63,044 nt of DNA, taken from contig DASYRF010000266.1 of NCBI GenBank assembly GCA_036004705.1, positions 1 through 63,044 of the forward strand, given 5' to 3'. The position numbers and the translations under genes were made by a program. This document shows, one piece after another, positions 58,800-63,044 of this stretch. Numbering within the stretch: position 1 is the first letter of the stretch; the number at the start of each line of letters is the position of its first letter. Origin of the DNA: Myxococcota bacterium. Lineage in GTDB: Bacteria > Myxococcota_A > Polyangia > DASYRF01. A model generated the notes under the pieces. The model ran no database searches. It saw only the letters and a program-made list of their open reading frames with translations, and was not told where the DNA came from.

Positions 58800-61700
58800 T
58801 CAACGCCTCGACGTTCCGTCGAGCAAGCGGAGCAGGCGCGCATGCGAAGGGATGCCCTCTCTGAACGTGCGGCGAAAGTGCTCGTCGTCGATCCGCGCCA
58901 GCCTCCTCTCGAACACCTGGCGCGCCTCGTCGAGTGCGGCCGCGGCCTCGGCCTGGCGACCGAGCGCGGCCAGCGCGTCGTGGTAGGCGAGGAGCAGGTC
59001 GACCTCGAGCTCCTCCATTCCGTGCACGGCGCGCGCGGCGAATGCTCGCGTGCACTCCGCGAGCGCGTCCTCGTGCCGGCCGAGCGCGACCAGCGCCACG
59101 GCGCGCAGCGCACGGCACATGGCCTCCAGTCCGACGCCGGCCCCCGACGCCACGGCTTCGAGTGCCGCGGTGGCGTCTTCGGCGGCGCGCTCCGCGCGCG
59201 CGCTGTCCCCGCCCTCAAGAGCCATCTTCGATTTGTAAAGGAGCGCCCAGGCGCTGAGCCGCGGGTTCTGCATCTCGCGGGCGATCGCGAGCGCACGGTC
59301 CTGGCAAGCCAGGCCCGCGGCGAGATCTCCCCCGCGCGACACTGCCAATCCCACGTTGTGCAGCCCCCACGCCTCCGTGCGCCGCAAGCCGAGGGCGCGG
59401 GCCGCGGCGAGCGCCGCCTCGAGCACGACACGGGCGGCCTCGTGGTCTCCGAGCGCCTGGAGCCTACCGCCGACGCTCACGGCTTCGATCGTCGCGCTGC
59501 GCGCGTCGCCGGCGGCCTCGAGCGCGACGCGCGCGTCGCGATGGGCCGCCAGCGCCGGAGCGACGTCGCCGCGCAGGCCCGCCAGGTAGCCACGTGAAGC
59601 GGTGACACGCGCGACGGCGACGGAATCACCGGACGTGGCCGCGCGCGCGGCGGCCGCGTCGATCTCTGCGTGCGCCTCGGCGTGCCGGCCTTCCATCGCG
59701 AGGATCTGTGCGAGCTGCGCGCGTGCGCCTGCCTCGATCGCCGGCTCACCCGCGCGCGAAGACATCGCGACGGCCTCCCGCGCCGCCTCCAGTCCGCTGG
59801 CGCGACGGCCGGTGATCTGAAGATGGTTGGCCCGGCGAATGCGCACGCGGGCACGCGCGCCCGCCGGGATCAGCTCGCCGGCGTCGGCCTCCAGCGCTTC
59901 GAGCGCGTCCAGCTCCCGTGCGGCGTCGGCGGGCGTGCCCAGATAGGTGCAGGCGAGCAGGCGCTGGAGGCGGAGCGCGTGCACTTCGACCGCCGCGGTC
60001 ACCGTCTCGGCGGCGGATGCAGGCACCCGGAGCGCCCGGTCACCGAACGCCATCACCTGTGCCGAATCGCCGCGCGCGTCGGCGGCCGACGCCGCGCGCA
60101 GCCAAAGCGGTCGCGCGGCCGCGGCATGCCCGGCCTGCTCGAAGTGCTCCGCCGTCTCTTCGGGCGGCGCGTCCGCGCGCGTCCCGAGCCACTGGGCGGC
60201 GAGGCGGTGCAGCGCCTTCTTCTGCGCCTCGGTGAGCATACCGAGCGCAACTTCCTGGACGACCGCGTGCCGGAACGTCCACTCCGCGCAGCCCGCCAGG
60301 CGCGTCTCGGCGCGGGGAACGACGAGGTCGCGCCGGCGGAGCGCCGCCAGGAGGTGCGGCGCCTCCGGCTCGCCGAGCGCGACGGCCGCTTCGGTCCAGA
60401 AGCACGGCCCGAGTACGGAAGCGCGCTTGAGCAGATCCTTCTCGCGCGGATCGATCTGGTCCAGCCGCGCCTGCACGGCGCCCTCCACCGTCAGCGGGAG
60501 TGCGCCCGCGTCGGTGCCGGCTCGGACGGCGAGCGCCAGCTCCTCGGCGAAGTACGGGTTGCCGGCCGCGCGTACGACGATCGCCGGCTCGGCGCGTCCC
60601 AGCAGACGTTCGACCAGCGCGCCCGTGTCGCGCGCGCCCAGCTCCCGCAGCTCGATGCGTTCCGCGCCGGGCCAGACGTCGGGGCGGTCGCGCAACAACT
60701 CAGGCCGCGCCGTCGCGATGAGCGCAAGGGGGCGCTCGAAGAGGCGCAGCCGCAGGAAGTCCAGCAGCTCCAGGGACGCCGCGTCGGCCCAATGAAGATC
60801 TTCGATCGCCAAGATGACGGTCGCCTGCGAGGTGTACGCCTCGAACAGGTCGCCGAGCGCAAGGCGGATGCGGTCCGCCATGATGCGCCCGTCTGCACGC
60901 GCAGTCTTGAGGTGCTCGGTCTCCGGGAACGGCGTGCCGAGCAGCTCGCCGAGGAAGTCGACCGTGTCGCGGACCTTGGCCGGCGGAACCCCAGCCGCGG
61001 CCACCACAGACTCGACCTTCGCGCGCGCTTCGTTCGGCGAAGCGCCCGCTGGCACCCTCGCCGTCGAGCGCAGCAGGTCCTCGATCGTCCCGTGCGATAC
61101 GAACGTGCGCCCCGACTCGCCGCGCCCTTCGAAATGGAGATACTTGGCCGGCTCCGGCTCCAGCCGGCGCTGCAGCTCGTACCGGAGGCGGCTCTTGCCG
61201 ATGCCGGGCGGGCCGAGGACGATTGCGGTGCGTGCGCGCGCCTCTTCGGCCGCCTGGCGTACGAGGTCCGTCAGGCGCGCGAGGTCTCCGTCTCGCCCGA
61301 GCATCGGGACGTCGACGCCCCCGACATCGCGCATGCTCAGCGTCCGCTGGGCGGGCTTCTCGGCCACGACGCGCGTGGCTGAGACCTCGAAGCCGCCCCA
61401 GACGCGCCGCCGCGTTTCGGCACAAGCACCCACCGGTGCGAGATCCTCCGGCGCGGCCCCGGCGGCCGCTGCCCGCAACGCGTCCTCGGCCGCGGCGATG
61501 GCGGTGCCCGTCACGGTTCCTCTTGCGCCCGACACGCGCACAGCCTTGCCGGTTCCCACGCCGATGCCGCTGGCGTACGCGCGCGAGGCGAGCGCGGCGC
61601 GCAACGCACGCTCGGGCTCGTTGCCGAGCCATTCCACCCCGCCGAAGACTCCGACCGCGTGCGACCCGCGCACCGCTGCCGCCGTGCCGCCGCGCGCGCG

Positions 61701-62780
61701 CACCTCCCGCGCGAACGCGGTGAAGGCCTCTTCGCCGCGCACGCCTTCCGCCACCACGGCGGCGACCAGTCGCAGCTCCTCGCCCAGATGGAACGCTTGC
61801 ACGAAGCGCGGCACCTCGACCGTGCGAGCGTCTTGTCCCTGCGCGCGCTCGGTGCCGCGCTCGTTCTCGCGCTCGTTCTCGCGCTCGTTCTCGCGCTCGC
61901 TCTCGCGCTCGTTTCGGCTCCCGTTCCCCACGCCCTCCGCCGTCTCTAGAGCCCGGCGGAAGGCAGCCATCGACTCCCAACGGTGCGCGGGCTGCTTCTC
62001 GAGGGCACGCCCGATCAAAGCCGCGAGCGCCTGCGGGATGTCCGGTGGCAGCGCGTCGGGTGGCTCGCTGGCGATCCGGAACAGCTCGGCGACGGCGTTC
62101 CCGCCTGCCCAGAACGGCGGCTGACCCGAAAGCGCGTGGTGGAGCACCGCGCCGAGCGCAAATACGTCCGTGCGCGCGTCTTCGCTGTACCTCCCTGCCG
62201 CCTGCTCGGGCGCCATGTAGGAAGGCGTGCCGATGATCTGCCCGCTCGCGGTCAGTCGCGTCTCGCTGCTGCCCTCGGCGCCGGTCCCCGGTCCCCTGGC
62301 GCGCACCGCGATGCCGAAGTCCAGGACCTTTACTCCGCCCCGGTCGCACAGGAACAGGTTCCCCGGCTTCACGTCGCGGTGCACGAGGCCGTGCGCGTGC
62401 GCGGCCTCAAGTCCGGCGGCCGCCTCCGCGCCCAGTCTCGCCACCTCGCTCGGCTCCAGCCGTCCCCGCGCGCGAAGCCGCTCCTCCAGCGACTCGCCCG
62501 ACAGGAGCTCCATCGCGAGCCAGAGCGTTCCGTCCTCTGCTTGTCCGGAGTCGAGCGCGTGCACGAGATTCGGGTGGTCGAGCGCGCGCAGCACTTCTGC
62601 CTCTCGTGCGAAGCGCCGGCGCTCCGTCGGATTGGGATCCTCCTCGCGGAGCAGTTTCACGGCGGCGCGCGAGCCGTCCGGCCCCTCCGCGCGCCAAACT
62701 TCCCCCATGCCGCCCGCGCCGAGCCGTTCGACTAGCCGCCAGCGCCCCAGTGCGCGCATCCCGGATTGTCCGTCTTTCAT
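58800..62780 (-). CDS. Ser/Thr kinase - degenerate cyclase-like - STAND/AAA NTPase - TPR-like protein
   Basis: Intact kinase (GAGGMGEV, AVK, HRDVKPGN, DFG, YMAPE), Walker A GPPGIGKS, Walker B IEDLHWAD, helical repeats (1326 aa). Confidence 0.92.
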   Translation of the reverse strand: MKDGQSGMRALGRWRLVERLGAGGMGEVWRAEGPDGSRAAVKLLREEDPNPTERRRFAREAEVLRALDHPNLVHALDSGQAEDGTLWLAMELLSGESLEERLRARGRLEPSEVARLGAEAAAGLEAAHAHGLVHRDVKPGNLFLCDRGGVKVLDFGIAVRARGPGTGAEGSSETRLTASGQIIGTPSYMAPEQAAGRYSEDARTDVFALGAVLHHALSGQPPFWAGGNAVAELFRIASEPPDALPPDIPQALAALIGRALEKQPAHRWESMAAFRRALETAEGVGNGSRNERESERENERENERENERGTERAQGQDARTVEVPRFVQAFHLGEELRLVAAVVAEGVRGEEAFTAFAREVRARGGTAAAVRGSHAVGVFGGVEWLGNEPERALRAALASRAYASGIGVGTGKAVRVSGARGTVTGTAIAAAEDALRAAAAGAAPEDLAPVGACAETRRRVWGGFEVSATRVVAEKPAQRTLSMRDVGGVDVPMLGRDGDLARLTDLVRQAAEEARARTAIVLGPPGIGKSRLRYELQRRLEPEPAKYLHFEGRGESGRTFVSHGTIEDLLRSTARVPAGASPNEARAKVESVVAAAGVPPAKVRDTVDFLGELLGTPFPETEHLKTARADGRIMADRIRLALGDLFEAYTSQATVILAIEDLHWADAASLELLDFLRLRLFERPLALIATARPELLRDRPDVWPGAERIELRELGARDTGALVERLLGRAEPAIVVRAAGNPYFAEELALAVRAGTDAGALPLTVEGAVQARLDQIDPREKDLLKRASVLGPCFWTEAAVALGEPEAPHLLAALRRRDLVVPRAETRLAGCAEWTFRHAVVQEVALGMLTEAQKKALHRLAAQWLGTRADAPPEETAEHFEQAGHAAAARPLWLRAASAADARGDSAQVMAFGDRALRVPASAAETVTAAVEVHALRLQRLLACTYLGTPADAARELDALEALEADAGELIPAGARARVRIRRANHLQITGRRASGLEAAREAVAMSSRAGEPAIEAGARAQLAQILAMEGRHAEAHAEIDAAAARAATSGDSVAVARVTASRGYLAGLRGDVAPALAAHRDARVALEAAGDARSATIEAVSVGGRLQALGDHEAARVVLEAALAAARALGLRRTEAWGLHNVGLAVSRGGDLAAGLACQDRALAIAREMQNPRLSAWALLYKSKMALEGGDSARAERAAEDATAALEAVASGAGVGLEAMCRALRAVALVALGRHEDALAECTRAFAARAVHGMEELEVDLLLAYHDALAALGRQAEAAAALDEARQVFERRLARIDDEHFRRTFREGIPSHARLLRLLDGTSRR
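61858..61913 (-). repeat. 12-bp in-frame tandem repeat (ENER)n, about 4.7 copies
   Basis: cgctcgttctcg units at 61858, 61870 and 61882, a variant at 61894 and a partial at 61906. Confidence 0.9.
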
Positions 62781-63044
62781 GCGGCTGCCATTCTACCCGT
62801 GACGTGCTGCGCCGTCCGGCGACGATGACGTCTTGAGGGCGCCGGGCAGGACTCGAGGACCGGAGTCGGTCTCCAGCCGTTCTACCCGATCAGATCATCG
62901 CCTCGAGAGGCGGTTAGCACCACTGTGTCGAAAGCTTGCGGATGAAACCTGGATCATGTCGATCGCTTAGAAGTTTCGTCGATCAAGAACTTGGCCGAGC
63001 GAGGGCGGCATGATCTTGTTCGCGCATGGAACTCGTACTGGATG

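Noticed and set aside
62880-62960. Riboswitch-like sequence near the right edge
   Set aside because: A GAAA-containing segment was noticed, but no recognisable aptamer consensus or consistent stems could be built.
58705-63044. Genomic island integrated at tRNA-Glu
   Set aside because: No duplicated tRNA 3' end and no integrase within the window; the adjacent kinase looks native. Cannot be excluded beyond the edge.

Overview
63 kb of a very GC-rich bacterial chromosome. The protein repertoire (Cys-rich lipoproteins, kinase-STAND-TPR protein, REC-DUF4388, MYXO-CTERM-like tail) points to Myxococcota or a related deltaproteobacterial lineage; this is inference. Left to right: (1) 1-13059, the distal half of an extracellular contractile injection system (eCIS): hub, gp5-type spike, PAAR-like tip, gp25, two baseplate J-like wedges, a gpI-like wedge and a 1362-aa DUF6519-like fibre. 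(2) 13066-15213, a pile of gene fragments: an eCIS-cargo-type leader lacking its body, a frameshifted coupled ORF, an internally deleted radical SAM gene whose C-terminus carries a lipoprotein-like module, and a headless divergent gene. (3) Core chromosome: rpsO-pnp-dut-pseudokinase/FGE, CAP protein, uvrC, prs, thermonuclease plus class III adenylate cyclase, Cys-rich lipoproteins, ABC exporter, glyoxylate shunt aceBA with a divergent RamB/ScfR regulator, a BCP peroxiredoxin with in-frame UGA at the catalytic position (probable selenoprotein, split by the ORF track), a MopE-repeat surface protein, a Pil-Chp/Pix-like chemosensory operon with a shortened receptor, rnr, prsW, a TlpA fusion, DUF3048, tRNA-Lys/tRNA-Glu and a Ser/Thr kinase-NTPase-TPR gene. 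The strongest non-obvious signals are the Sec-peroxiredoxin, a window-wide leaderless-promoter grammar (TAnnnT 6-9 nt before SD-less start codons in 11 genes, including three divergent pairs), the radical-SAM/lipoprotein fusion remnant and the CheR/CheB-free Pil-Chp-like system. No CRISPR array, rRNA, integrase, transposase or reverse transcriptase was seen. Family names come from motif recognition; no database search was run.
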